In this document: piece after piece, positions 49,972 through 58,530 of the stretch
How the letters are laid out: every line of letters begins with the position of its first letter
Numbering within the stretch: position 1 is the stretch's first letter
Assembly: GCA_964425325.1 (NCBI GenBank)
Contig: CAYRLX010000002.1
Location: 14,611 to 78,610, forward strand
Length of the DNA stretch: 64,000 nucleotides
Direction of reading: 5' to 3'
From: an uncultured Muribaculaceae bacterium
GTDB lineage: Bacteria; Bacillota_I; Bacilli_A; RF39; UBA660
Translations under genes and position numbers: made by a program
The notes under the pieces: model-generated
Told to the model about the DNA's origin: nothing
What the model saw: the letters and a program-made list of their open reading frames with translations, nothing else
Databases searched by the model: none

Positions 49972-52077
49972 TTAAGGATTATTTTCAGCAGCACCACTTG
50001 CCGAAGTAGAAGAACCTCCATCATCAATAGTTGTTTCTCCACCAGAAGAATTTCCTCCACCTTCTCCATTAGAACCACTGCCAGAAGGATTTCCAGAATT
50101 TCCAGAATTTCCTGAGTTTCCAGAATTTCCACTATTATCTTTATTACTACCACTTGATTCCTTTGAATCATCCTCATCCGTTTTAGTATCTTTCTTAGTC
50201 GTTTCCTTATCATCTTTCTTAGTGGTTTTATCATCAGTCTTAGTTCCACCTACAGTAAGTGTAATAGATTTAACATCATCCACATTAGAACCAGCAGGAA
50301 CACTTTGACTAGTTACATAACCATTACCACCATTTATACTAACTTTTATTCCATGAGAAGAGCACCAACTTTGAGCATAACTAGAAGTTTGTCCAACAAA
50401 GTTAGGAACAGAAACAAGTGAAGTTTTATCAGTAACTTTCTTACCAATAACTTCTTTTTCATAAGGAGTATTAATATCAAAACTAAATGATTTAATAACT
50501 TTAGTTTCTTTAAGACCTAAGTTTTCTTTCATCGCATTACTACAAGCTTTGACAGAAGCATTATATAAAACATAATTATATAACGATAAATTAGTTCCAC
50601 CATAATCGACTATTCTAGCATCATAACCATTTAAATATAATCTTTGAATACCTAAAACATCAGACATATCACTAAGTCCATCACTTTTAGTAGCAACGTC
50701 CTTAAATACATTATAAAGTGATAATATTTGATCAGTACTCATACTAGTAACCATATTACTACTTATAGTATCTAGTAGCTTATATACAGTATCTAAATCT
50801 TTAACATTTTTAAACTTATTAAGTAAAGCCATTACAACTTCCTGTTGATGTTCTGCTCTAACAAAATCACTACTATTATAACTAGTCCACTTAGCTGAAC
50901 ATTTATCAGGATTTGGATGCCTATTACGAGAATAAGCAAGTGCCTGTTCTCCATTTAAAGTCTGCTGTCCTTTTTCAATATAGACAGTATTTCTTCCCCA
51001 CATTCTATTACTATCTTGCTCGCATAAATTATAAGGAACATCTATATCAACACCGCCTAATGTATCAACGAGTTTAACAACACCTTTAAAATTAATTTTT
51101 ACATAATAATCGATATCTATATCAAGAAAATCTTGAATAGTATCAATCATACAGCTCTCGCCTTTCCAAGCCGCATGAGTAATTTTATTTTTCCTCTTAC
51201 CAGCAAAACAAGCAATTGGAACATAAGAATCACGAGGAATACTAAGCATAGTAGTACTTAAAGTCTTAGGATTAAAAGTAATTACCATCAAAGAATCTCC
51301 ATTAAAAGAACTTCCCTTAATTCCTTCCTCTTCAGAATCAACCCCCATAAGTAAAACTGTAAAAGGTTCATTTATACTTTTACCCTTACTACTTAAAGTA
51401 TTTTTTTCCTTTACCTTTTTCTTCTTAGTATATATAATCTTAGTCTTATCTTTAATATCAGTATATCCATCCATACTGCCAAACATAACAGAATAATTAG
51501 TAGGCAAGAATATATATTTAATATCTCCTTTATATAAAGAATCTATCATTTCAATAAAAGTACTATACTCTTTTACTTTGTTAGTTAAACCCTCAGATTT
51601 AATAATTTCTTTAGGAATATCATACCCATCAATACTACTATCATCATTTATCATTCCAATTTCATCATTGCCTATATCTTTTAAAGAAGTCGCATTATTA
51701 GTAGATAAAGTAACAATACTAGAAGAATAAGTTTTATAACCAGAAGTATCACTTATCTTCTCTAAAGTAGTATAACCCTTACTAACTAAATATCCACCAA
51801 AGCCAGCGCCTACTCCTATAATAAGCATAAAAATAATTACAAAAGCAAGTTTAACATTTTTATGTCTTTTATAATATTTAATAGACAAAAGAAATAAAAT
51901 CAAACAAATAAATCCTAAAATAATAGACCCTATTAAACGTAAATTATTTTCTACATTATTAAGTAAAGATATATTATAAATTAAATATCCACTACCACCT
52001 ATTAATATTAAATTACTAATAAAGGTTAAAAACATAGAAAAGCCATGTCTTTTTCTACTTCGTCTTTTACTCATCAA
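49972..52077 (-). CDS. LytR-CpsA-Psr (LCP) family protein with an N-terminal TM helix and a Ser/Gly/Asn-rich low-complexity tail
   Basis: LCP core VLLMGVDS...SIPRD. C-terminal GSGNSGNSGNSGNSGNP. Confidence 0.8.
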   Translation of the reverse strand: MMSKRRSRKRHGFSMFLTFISNLILIGGSGYLIYNISLLNNVENNLRLIGSIILGFICLILFLLSIKYYKRHKNVKLAFVIIFMLIIGVGAGFGGYLVSKGYTTLEKISDTSGYKTYSSSIVTLSTNNATSLKDIGNDEIGMINDDSSIDGYDIPKEIIKSEGLTNKVKEYSTFIEMIDSLYKGDIKYIFLPTNYSVMFGSMDGYTDIKDKTKIIYTKKKKVKEKNTLSSKGKSINEPFTVLLMGVDSEEEGIKGSSFNGDSLMVITFNPKTLSTTMLSIPRDSYVPIACFAGKRKNKITHAAWKGESCMIDTIQDFLDIDIDYYVKINFKGVVKLVDTLGGVDIDVPYNLCEQDSNRMWGRNTVYIEKGQQTLNGEQALAYSRNRHPNPDKCSAKWTSYNSSDFVRAEHQQEVVMALLNKFKNVKDLDTVYKLLDTISSNMVTSMSTDQILSLYNVFKDVATKSDGLSDMSDVLGIQRLYLNGYDARIVDYGGTNLSLYNYVLYNASVKACSNAMKENLGLKETKVIKSFSFDINTPYEKEVIGKKVTDKTSLVSVPNFVGQTSSYAQSWCSSHGIKVSINGGNGYVTSQSVPAGSNVDDVKSITLTVGGTKTDDKTTKKDDKETTKKDTKTDEDDSKESSGSNKDNSGNSGNSGNSGNSGNPSGSGSNGEGGGNSSGGETTIDDGGSSTSASGAAENNP
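50085..50145. repeat. 9-nt tandem repeat (tccagaatt-like, about 5 units) encoding the SGN repeats of the LCP tail
   Basis: The plus strand reads ggatttccagaatttccagaatttcctgagtttccagaatttccact. Confidence 0.6.
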
Positions 52078-52138
52078 ATCACTCCTTTGAGTACTATATA
52101 AGTATAACTTAAATTAAAAAAATAAACAAGTTATGACA

Positions 52139-52804
52139 TCAAAAATTATTTCTATCAAACATTACTTTTAAAATTCTATAAGAATCTTTTATAGAATTAA
52201 AATGAGAACTATTATCATTATATATGGTTTTAATAGGAACTTCATGAATATCTATTTTATTATTTACCAAATATTTCAAAACATTCATTTCATATTCAAA
52301 CCTATCACCATAAACATCTGCTAATTTTTCTAATAAACTAGTAGGAAAACACCTAAGACCAGTTTGCGTATCAGAAATGAAAATTCCATAAATAAATTTA
52401 AAAAACAAAGAACTCATTTTATTTGCAAATCTTCTTAAAATAGGTGCACCCTTAAAATCACGAACACCTACATAAACTGCATTTTTTTCCAAAAATAAAT
52501 TAGCTATTTTAACAACATCTGAAATATCCTGCTGAAGATCATCATCAATTGTAATAACACCCAAAAAATTTAAATTATTTAAATACTTAAATCCTTTTTT
52601 TAAAGCATTACCTTTACCCATATTAGTTTCATTAATAATTACTTTAGATACATCTAATTTAGAAAAAATTCCTTTATCATTACTTCCATCATCAACAACA
52701 AAAATATTATTAAATCCACTTTTATGTAATAAATAGACAACCTTAACTAACTTTTTACTAGGATTGAAAGAAGGTATTAAAATAGCTATTTTATCATATT
52801 TCAT
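52139..52804 (-). CDS. family-2 glycosyltransferase
   Basis: IAILIPSFNPSKKL...VVDDGSND...DDD segment. Confidence 0.75.
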   Translation of the reverse strand: MKYDKIAILIPSFNPSKKLVKVVYLLHKSGFNNIFVVDDGSNDKGIFSKLDVSKVIINETNMGKGNALKKGFKYLNNLNFLGVITIDDDLQQDISDVVKIANLFLEKNAVYVGVRDFKGAPILRRFANKMSSLFFKFIYGIFISDTQTGLRCFPTSLLEKLADVYGDRFEYEMNVLKYLVNNKIDIHEVPIKTIYNDNSSHFNSIKDSYRILKVMFDRNNF

Positions 52805-52980
52805 TTTTTACCTTTTCCTTTAACATCATCTTTTAATTCAGCCCAACCTCTGTCCACTAAAATCAATATTATATCATCCTCACTCATACCACAATCTTCT
52901 AAGTAATTAATAATTCTAGCAAGATCTTTATCACTAAGAAAACCACATGATACAAGATTATCTGTCTTTTTTTCCTTCAT
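52801..52980 (-). CDS. small protein (59 aa) translationally coupled to the glycosyltransferase
   Basis: GGGAGG RBS before ATGAAGGAA. The longer ORF in the track would overlap tRNA-Cys. Confidence 0.4.
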   Translation of the reverse strand: MKEKKTDNLVSCGFLSDKDLARIINYLEDCGMSEDDIILILVDRGWAELKDDVKGKGKK

Positions 52981-53089
52981 AATTAAACCTCCCTTATTAT
53001 TAATTATAACATTTAAAATATAAGCATTCAACAAATTTTTCACAATTATTGACAAACTGAATAAAATATAATAAAATGAAAATGCACAT

Positions 53090-53163
53090 GGGTCTATAGC
53101 CAAGTGGTAAGGCGTGGGACTGCAACTCCCTGATCGTTGGTTCAAATCCGACTAGGCCCTCCA
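53090..53163 (+). tRNA. tRNA-Cys (anticodon GCA)
   Basis: gggtctatagccaagtggtaaggcgtgggactgcaactccctgatcgttggttcaaatccgactaggccctcca. TTGACA-17-TAAAAT promoter at about 53049-53077. Confidence 0.85.
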
Positions 53164-53241
53164 ATAAATATTTAAAAGAGGATATCAAGAAATAATTTAC
53201 TTCTGACATCCTCTTTTTTATATTATAAAAATTATTAATTA

Positions 53242-53841
53242 CTAAGGTGATACCTTTACAACATCATATTTATTAATCATTTCTTCAACTGACATGTTAT
53301 TTTTCAGAAACTCCTCTTCCTCTTCAGCACTTGATTTTTTCAAAATAATACTTTTGTCTTCAACAATAGGTATCTCCTGATTATTATCAGTTAAAGAATT
53401 ATCACCATTTATTGAAAGAACCTTTTCACCACTAACAACATTTAAAGCAGCATCGCTAGAAGTTTCAAATAAATAGTTTAAAACTATAGTATTATTTTTA
53501 ATAATATAGTTACCTACTTTTCCCATAGAAATAACATACCCTAGTTGATAATTAAAAGTACCATCATCATATAAATATAATTTATATGTAGGAGTAACAA
53601 CTCCATCATTTGCCTCACTATAAAAAGGCTTGCTAGTAAATAAATACAATCCACTAAAGCTGTCATAATCATATTTTTTTGTTTCCTCATTACTGTTTAT
53701 TTTTTTATTCTCATTAGTTTCGCACACTTTATCTTCCTTAAATATTCCTAAATAATTTCCTCCAAATGCACCAATAGCTAAAGTAATAACTAACAAAATA
53801 ATACATGCTAAAGCTTTAAAAAATAAATTCATCTTATCCAT
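53242..53841 (-). CDS. hypothetical membrane-anchored protein
   Basis: AAGGAGGA RBS before ATGGATAAG. N-terminal TM helix LACIILLVITLAIGAFGG. Confidence 0.5.
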   Translation of the reverse strand: MDKMNLFFKALACIILLVITLAIGAFGGNYLGIFKEDKVCETNENKKINSNEETKKYDYDSFSGLYLFTSKPFYSEANDGVVTPTYKLYLYDDGTFNYQLGYVISMGKVGNYIIKNNTIVLNYLFETSSDAALNVVSGEKVLSINGDNSLTDNNQEIPIVEDKSIILKKSSAEEEEEFLKNNMSVEEMINKYDVVKVSP

Positions 53842-53967
53842 AATAATCCTCCTTACAAACAAATTATACTAATTAATTAATAATAATAAAAGTAAACTTT
53901 TAATAATAAATATATATTTACACATTTTTTACAATAAATAACAGTCACTTTTATAAACAAAAAAATT

Positions 53968-54024
53968 CATTGACTAAAAAAAACTAATATGTTAGTATAT
54001 ATAACAAAATTAGATAACAAGGAG
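53968..54024 (+). promoter_or_regulatory. Promoter-operator copy 1: TTGACT, then AAAAAAAACTAATATGTTAGTAT with the palindrome ACTAAtaTGTTAGT
   Basis: Nearly identical to 56790-56845 and similar to 54827-54880. Confidence 0.55.
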
Positions 54025-54032
54025 AAAACAAT

Positions 54033-54770
54033 ATGCAAATAAGTACTAAAGAATACCTTAAGAGTTGTATTGATGAACGTGCTAAAAAAGAAGAAGAATT
54101 AAAATATTTAAAAGAAATGTTAAAAGCCCTAGAAGAAAAATTAAAGCCACTAATACAAGATATTCACGAAGCAGAATGTGAGATTGAAAGTATTAATAAT
54201 TTATTAGATTTAAATGGTTATGGTAAATCTGAAATAATAACTGTAAAATTAGGTGATTTAATAAATGAACTATCTATTCTAAGTGGTATTGACAAATCTA
54301 AAATAAAAGTCTCATTTTCAACAGGCATATATATTATAGGAAAAAAGCCAGTTGATAAAGATACACTTTTAAAACATAATCAAAAACTTAATAGAAGAAT
54401 AATGAGTTTAACATTAAAGGGTGGCGAAATATATAATGACAATCATTTCATATATACTTATTTAGATACACCCATGAATTTTGATGAAATTCAAGCCGAT
54501 GGAAAATCATTGTATGACCATTGCGAAGCTGTATGGGGACATATTGACGATATAGAATGGAAAGATATTGATACAGACCTTGAAGTTTATTATGATATAG
54601 AAAATATCATTTGCCACTTAAATTTAAACGAGATAATAAAAAAAGAAGAATATGAAAATAGTTACTATCCAAAAGATTTATTAACTAATGCACTTTTAAA
54701 CTGCGCAGTAAAATATGCAGAATACAGCAATAAAAACAAAGAAAAATTACTAAAAAAGAATATCAAATAA
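54033..54770 (+). CDS. hypothetical protein (245 aa) with an N-terminal coiled coil
   Basis: AAGGAGA RBS. ORF followed by the terminator aagcccttatatttaaagggctttt. Confidence 0.5.
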   Translation: MQISTKEYLKSCIDERAKKEEELKYLKEMLKALEEKLKPLIQDIHEAECEIESINNLLDLNGYGKSEIITVKLGDLINELSILSGIDKSKIKVSFSTGIYIIGKKPVDKDTLLKHNQKLNRRIMSLTLKGGEIYNDNHFIYTYLDTPMNFDEIQADGKSLYDHCEAVWGHIDDIEWKDIDTDLEVYYDIENIICHLNLNEIIKKEEYENSYYPKDLLTNALLNCAVKYAEYSNKNKEKLLKKNIK

Positions 54771-54826
54771 AAATACAGAAACTTTAAAAAGCTTAAACCA
54801 CAAGCCCTTATATTTAAAGGGCTTTT

Positions 54827-54880
54827 CATTTACTAAAAAAAACTAATATGTTAGTATAAAAAGCAAAATTAGGTAAAGAA
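54827..54880 (+). promoter_or_regulatory. Promoter-operator copy 2 (TTTACT variant)
   Basis: tttactaaaaaaaactaatatgttagtata. Confidence 0.5.
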
Positions 54881-54887
54881 GAATAAA

Positions 54888-55135
54888 ATGAATTCAATTG
54901 TAGTAAAACAAAACAATAATAAATCTAGAAATTATAAATACAAATGACAAATTATTTAAATTTAAAAAAACATATGATAATGCCTTCTTTCAAATATGAG
55001 CGAAAACATATAAAGATATACTTTTAGAACTATTAACTGACTACTCACTAAAATATAGAAGTACATTTAATTTAAAATGACATCAACATTCGAGTATGAA
55101 ATAAAAGTAGAAGCTGTCTATATTGTAAGAAAAGA
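54888..55135 (+). pseudogene. Frameshifted 5' fragment of a paralogue of the 56851 GCS2-like gene
   Basis: The first 40 nt are identical to 56851 onwards. A 1-nt indel (aaatctagaaatt compared with aaattaggaatt) gives a stop after 19 codons. The homology continues to about 55100, followed by a terminator. Confidence 0.6.
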
Positions 55136-55306
55136 AGCTTAATTATAATACAATTAAACAAGTCATTTATTTGACTTGTTTTCAATAAACTTAACAATTG
55201 ACAACAATTGACAAAGAAAATATATATTTCTAAAAAAATAAATAGTTTTCATGCTATAATAAACTAAAGTAAAATTATTTTAATTAACATATATAAGGAG
55301 TAAATT

Positions 55307-56203
55307 ATGAGCGTTGAAGAATTAGAAATATTAAGAAAAAAAGCAAAAAATACTATATTAATAGGAACATTTTTCACTATAATAACTGCTATTGCATTAT
55401 TTGTCATGTTAAATTCTCCATTATATTCAATTATTCTTATTATCATAGGAACAATAATAACCCAAATAATCAGCATAAAACCAAGAAAAAAATTCGTACT
55501 AGCATTTAAAGAAACATTTGTTTTAAAATCACTAAAAACCATTTTTACAGATTTAATTTACGAACCAGAAAAAGGATTAGATGAATCAATAATAAGAGAC
55601 ACTAAAATGATGTATATGGGAGATAGATATTCATCAAATGATTATATTTCTGGAAAATACAAGAATATTAATGTCATTCAAGCTGATGTTCACATTGAAG
55701 AGGAACACACATCAACTGACAGCGATGGTAATACTACAACAACTTGGATTACAATTTTTAAAGGCAGATGGATGATATTTGATTTTAACAAATATTTCAA
55801 AGCAAACATCCAGATAAGTCAAAAAGGATTTGGAAATTCTAAATTAAGTAATTGGGGCTCAAAAATAAAATATAAAAAAGTTATGATGGAAGACCAAGAA
55901 TTTAATAACAGTTTTAAAACATATGCACAAGATGAACACGAAGCATTTTATATTTTAACACCTTCATTAATGGAAAAAATAAAAAAATTAACAAATAATA
56001 TCTCTGGGAAACTATTGTTTTGTTTCATAGATAATAAATTACATATAGGACTTCAAAATAACAAAGATTCATTTGAACATGGTATATTTACAAGAATAGA
56101 TGAAGAAAAAGTTACAAATGAAATTTCACAAGATATAAAACTAATTACAAATTTTATTGACGAACTAAGTTTAGATAATGATTTATTTAGAAGGGAGGTG
56201 TAA
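55307..56203 (+). CDS. DUF3137-like membrane protein (a LemA partner)
   Basis: Two N-terminal TM helices, then a soluble domain. Immediately precedes a LemA gene, the usual DUF3137 context. Confidence 0.45.
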   Translation: MSVEELEILRKKAKNTILIGTFFTIITAIALFVMLNSPLYSIILIIIGTIITQIISIKPRKKFVLAFKETFVLKSLKTIFTDLIYEPEKGLDESIIRDTKMMYMGDRYSSNDYISGKYKNINVIQADVHIEEEHTSTDSDGNTTTTWITIFKGRWMIFDFNKYFKANIQISQKGFGNSKLSNWGSKIKYKKVMMEDQEFNNSFKTYAQDEHEAFYILTPSLMEKIKKLTNNISGKLLFCFIDNKLHIGLQNNKDSFEHGIFTRIDEEKVTNEISQDIKLITNFIDELSLDNDLFRREV

Positions 56204-56204
56204 C

Positions 56205-56747
56205 ATGAATTCACTATATATTATAATTGCAGTAGTTATACTTATTCTTATAATATGGTATATATCAATTTCAAACAAATTAAATAGAGCAATTGTTAAA
56301 ATTGATGAATCACTTTCTGGAATTGATGTAGCATTAACAAAAAGATATGATGTTCTAACAAAAATGATTGAAGTTGTTAAAGCATATTCTAAACATGAAA
56401 AAGAAACACTATTTAAAGTAATTAATCTACGTAAAGACATGTCTATAAAAGAAAGAAATGATGCAAATCATGATATGGATGAAAACTTTAAAAAAATTAA
56501 TATAGTAGCTGAAAATTATCCAGAATTAAAATCAAGTGAAAATTATAAGACACTTCAGCAATCTATAGCAGATGTGGAAGAACACCTGCAAGCAGCAAGA
56601 AGACTTTATAATTCTAATGTTTCATTATATAATCAATTACTAGTTTCATTCCCAACAAGTGTTATTGCCAAAAATAAAGGAATGACTAAAAAAGAATTCT
56701 TCGAAGCAGATGAAATAAAAAAAGATGATGTAAAAATAGATTTATAA
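56205..56747 (+). CDS. lemA: LemA family protein
   Basis: GGGAGG RBS before ATGAATTCA. Single N-terminal TM helix. LemA-like ENYPELKSSENYKTLQ...RRLYNSNVSLYN...FPT. Confidence 0.7.
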   Translation: MNSLYIIIAVVILILIIWYISISNKLNRAIVKIDESLSGIDVALTKRYDVLTKMIEVVKAYSKHEKETLFKVINLRKDMSIKERNDANHDMDENFKKINIVAENYPELKSSENYKTLQQSIADVEEHLQAARRLYNSNVSLYNQLLVSFPTSVIAKNKGMTKKEFFEADEIKKDDVKIDL

Positions 56748-56789
56748 AAGTTATCACATACCATTGACTATAATATCAATGGTATTTTT

Positions 56790-56845
56790 CATTGACTAAA
56801 AAAAACTAATATGTTAGTATATATAACAAAATTAGATAAAGAGGA
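56790..56845 (+). promoter_or_regulatory. Promoter-operator copy 3
   Basis: Identical to copy 1 over about 55 nt. Preceded by the terminator hairpin ccattgactataatatcaatgg. Confidence 0.55.
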
Positions 56846-56850
56846 ATAAA

Positions 56851-57840
56851 ATGAATTCAATTGTAGTAAGACAAAACAATAATAAATTAGGAATTATAAA
56901 TACAAATGACAAATTATTTAAATTAATAAAACCAGACGATAATACTATTCTTTCAAATATGAGCAAAAACATGCAAGATATATTTTTAGAACTATTAACT
57001 AATTATTCACTAGAATATAGAGATACATTAAACTTAAAAAAAACATCAACATTCGGATATGAAATTGAAGTAGAAAACGCAGACATAGAAATTATTAAAA
57101 ATTACCTATTTTCAAAAAAGGAAGAATGGTTTCTACTCTTTGATCCAAGCTTAAAAAAAGGTGCCGAAATACCTACACCTATTTTAAAAGACAATAAAAA
57201 AACATGGGAAGAAATAAACAATATATGTAATTTTTTAAAAATACACTCTGTAATTAAAGAAAACTGCGGAGGACATATACATATAGGAAAGCAAGTACTA
57301 GGAGATTCAAATAAATCACTATTAAATTTTTTAAAACTATGGTCAACATATGAACATGTCATTTACTATTTCTCATACGGAGAAGATAAAAAACCAAGAG
57401 AAGTTATAAAAGAATATGCAAAACCAATTAGCAATGACTTTTGGCAAACATATAATGAATATAAAAATAATCTATTAGTACCAAGAGAAGAAATAATAAA
57501 AAAAGTTACAGTAACAAGAAATAGAGGCGTAAGTTTAAAATACCTTCTTTCATATGAAAGACCAGATATCAACACAATAGAATTTCGCTGTCCAAATGGA
57601 ACATTAAACCCTATCATATGGCAAAATAATACGAGCTTATTTGTAAAACTATTAGAATACAGTAAAAATCCTAATTTTGATAATAATACTATCCAAATAA
57701 GACATAAAAAAAGAGAAAATATCTATTCAAGGCTTAATAAATACAATATAATATATTTAAAAGATGCACTTGAACTATCGGATTTAATATTTAAAAATAA
57801 CTTAGACAAAATATATTTTCTAAAACAATATATAAAATAA
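56851..57840 (+). CDS. Putative carboxylate-amine ligase of the GCS2/YbdK (amidoligase) superfamily
   Basis: FGYEIEVEN and CGGHIHIG resemble the E.E and G.H.H metal/ATP motifs of YbdK-type ligases. Confidence 0.45.
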   Translation: MNSIVVRQNNNKLGIINTNDKLFKLIKPDDNTILSNMSKNMQDIFLELLTNYSLEYRDTLNLKKTSTFGYEIEVENADIEIIKNYLFSKKEEWFLLFDPSLKKGAEIPTPILKDNKKTWEEINNICNFLKIHSVIKENCGGHIHIGKQVLGDSNKSLLNFLKLWSTYEHVIYYFSYGEDKKPREVIKEYAKPISNDFWQTYNEYKNNLLVPREEIIKKVTVTRNRGVSLKYLLSYERPDINTIEFRCPNGTLNPIIWQNNTSLFVKLLEYSKNPNFDNNTIQIRHKKRENIYSRLNKYNIIYLKDALELSDLIFKNNLDKIYFLKQYIK

Positions 57841-57878
57841 AAAAAATATGATAAAATTATTGTAAGGAGTGATAAAAA

Positions 57879-58499
57879 ATGAAAGAAAAAAATGTAATAG
57901 TAGAACTATTAAAAGTATTTGGATGGACCATTTGCGGTTGGATTCTATGGATATTTATATTTGCTATATTCACCCCAAAAAATAAAGAAATAAGCGACTT
58001 TTTAAATAGAGTGTCATTAATATTAGGCTTACTTACAGGAATAATTATAACAATAATACTTAAATACAATAAACTAAACCATTTAAAACAAATAATACTA
58101 GAAAGTGAAAGCAATATTAAAATACTATCTAAAAAAAATGCCACCCTAATAGAAAAAGCAAATAAAGTAGCCGATAAATACATGAAACATGAAAAAGAAA
58201 CACATTTGAAAATATCAGATAATAGATCATTAAAAACCTCTTCACAATTCCAAATGATATTAGAAAATTACCCAGAATTAAAAGCAAACGAAAGCATTAT
58301 AAAACTATTAAACCAAATAGAGCAAAATGAAAACCAAACAGCTAATTCTAAAATCATTTATAATGAAAGCGTCACAAATTATAATACCCTAATTAATAAT
58401 TTCCCAGTTGCACCATTCAAAAACATATTTAATCTAAAAGATATAAAATACTTTGAAGAAAATGATGAAATTATATCAGATGAAGAACTAGGAATTTAA
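57879..58499 (+). CDS. LemA-like protein with two N-terminal TM helices
   Basis: C-terminal ILENYPELKANESIIKLLNQIE...IIYNESVTNYNTLINNFPVAPF parallels the 56205 LemA. Confidence 0.6.
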   Translation: MKEKNVIVELLKVFGWTICGWILWIFIFAIFTPKNKEISDFLNRVSLILGLLTGIIITIILKYNKLNHLKQIILESESNIKILSKKNATLIEKANKVADKYMKHEKETHLKISDNRSLKTSSQFQMILENYPELKANESIIKLLNQIEQNENQTANSKIIYNESVTNYNTLINNFPVAPFKNIFNLKDIKYFEENDEIISDEELGI

Positions 58500-58530
58500 A
58501 AACCACATTTCAAAAGAAATGTGATTTTTT

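Noticed and set aside
48246-50249. 667-aa ORF in the track extending gltX about 120 codons upstream across the LCP gene 3' end
   Set aside because: The upstream part is low-complexity (LEILEILEIL...) and overlaps the LCP coding sequence and terminator. A good RBS and the synthetase N-terminus begin at MDRKEY (49883).
52801-53209. ORFs 52801..53145 and 53000..53209 on the minus strand
   Set aside because: Both run through the tRNA-Cys gene and its promoter. Only the RBS-preceded 59-codon part (52801-52980) is plausible.
54033-54770. Possible repressor role for the 245-aa coiled-coil protein acting on the shared ACTAAtaTGTTAGT operator
   Set aside because: No HTH motif is evident in its sequence. 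The repressor identity remains open.
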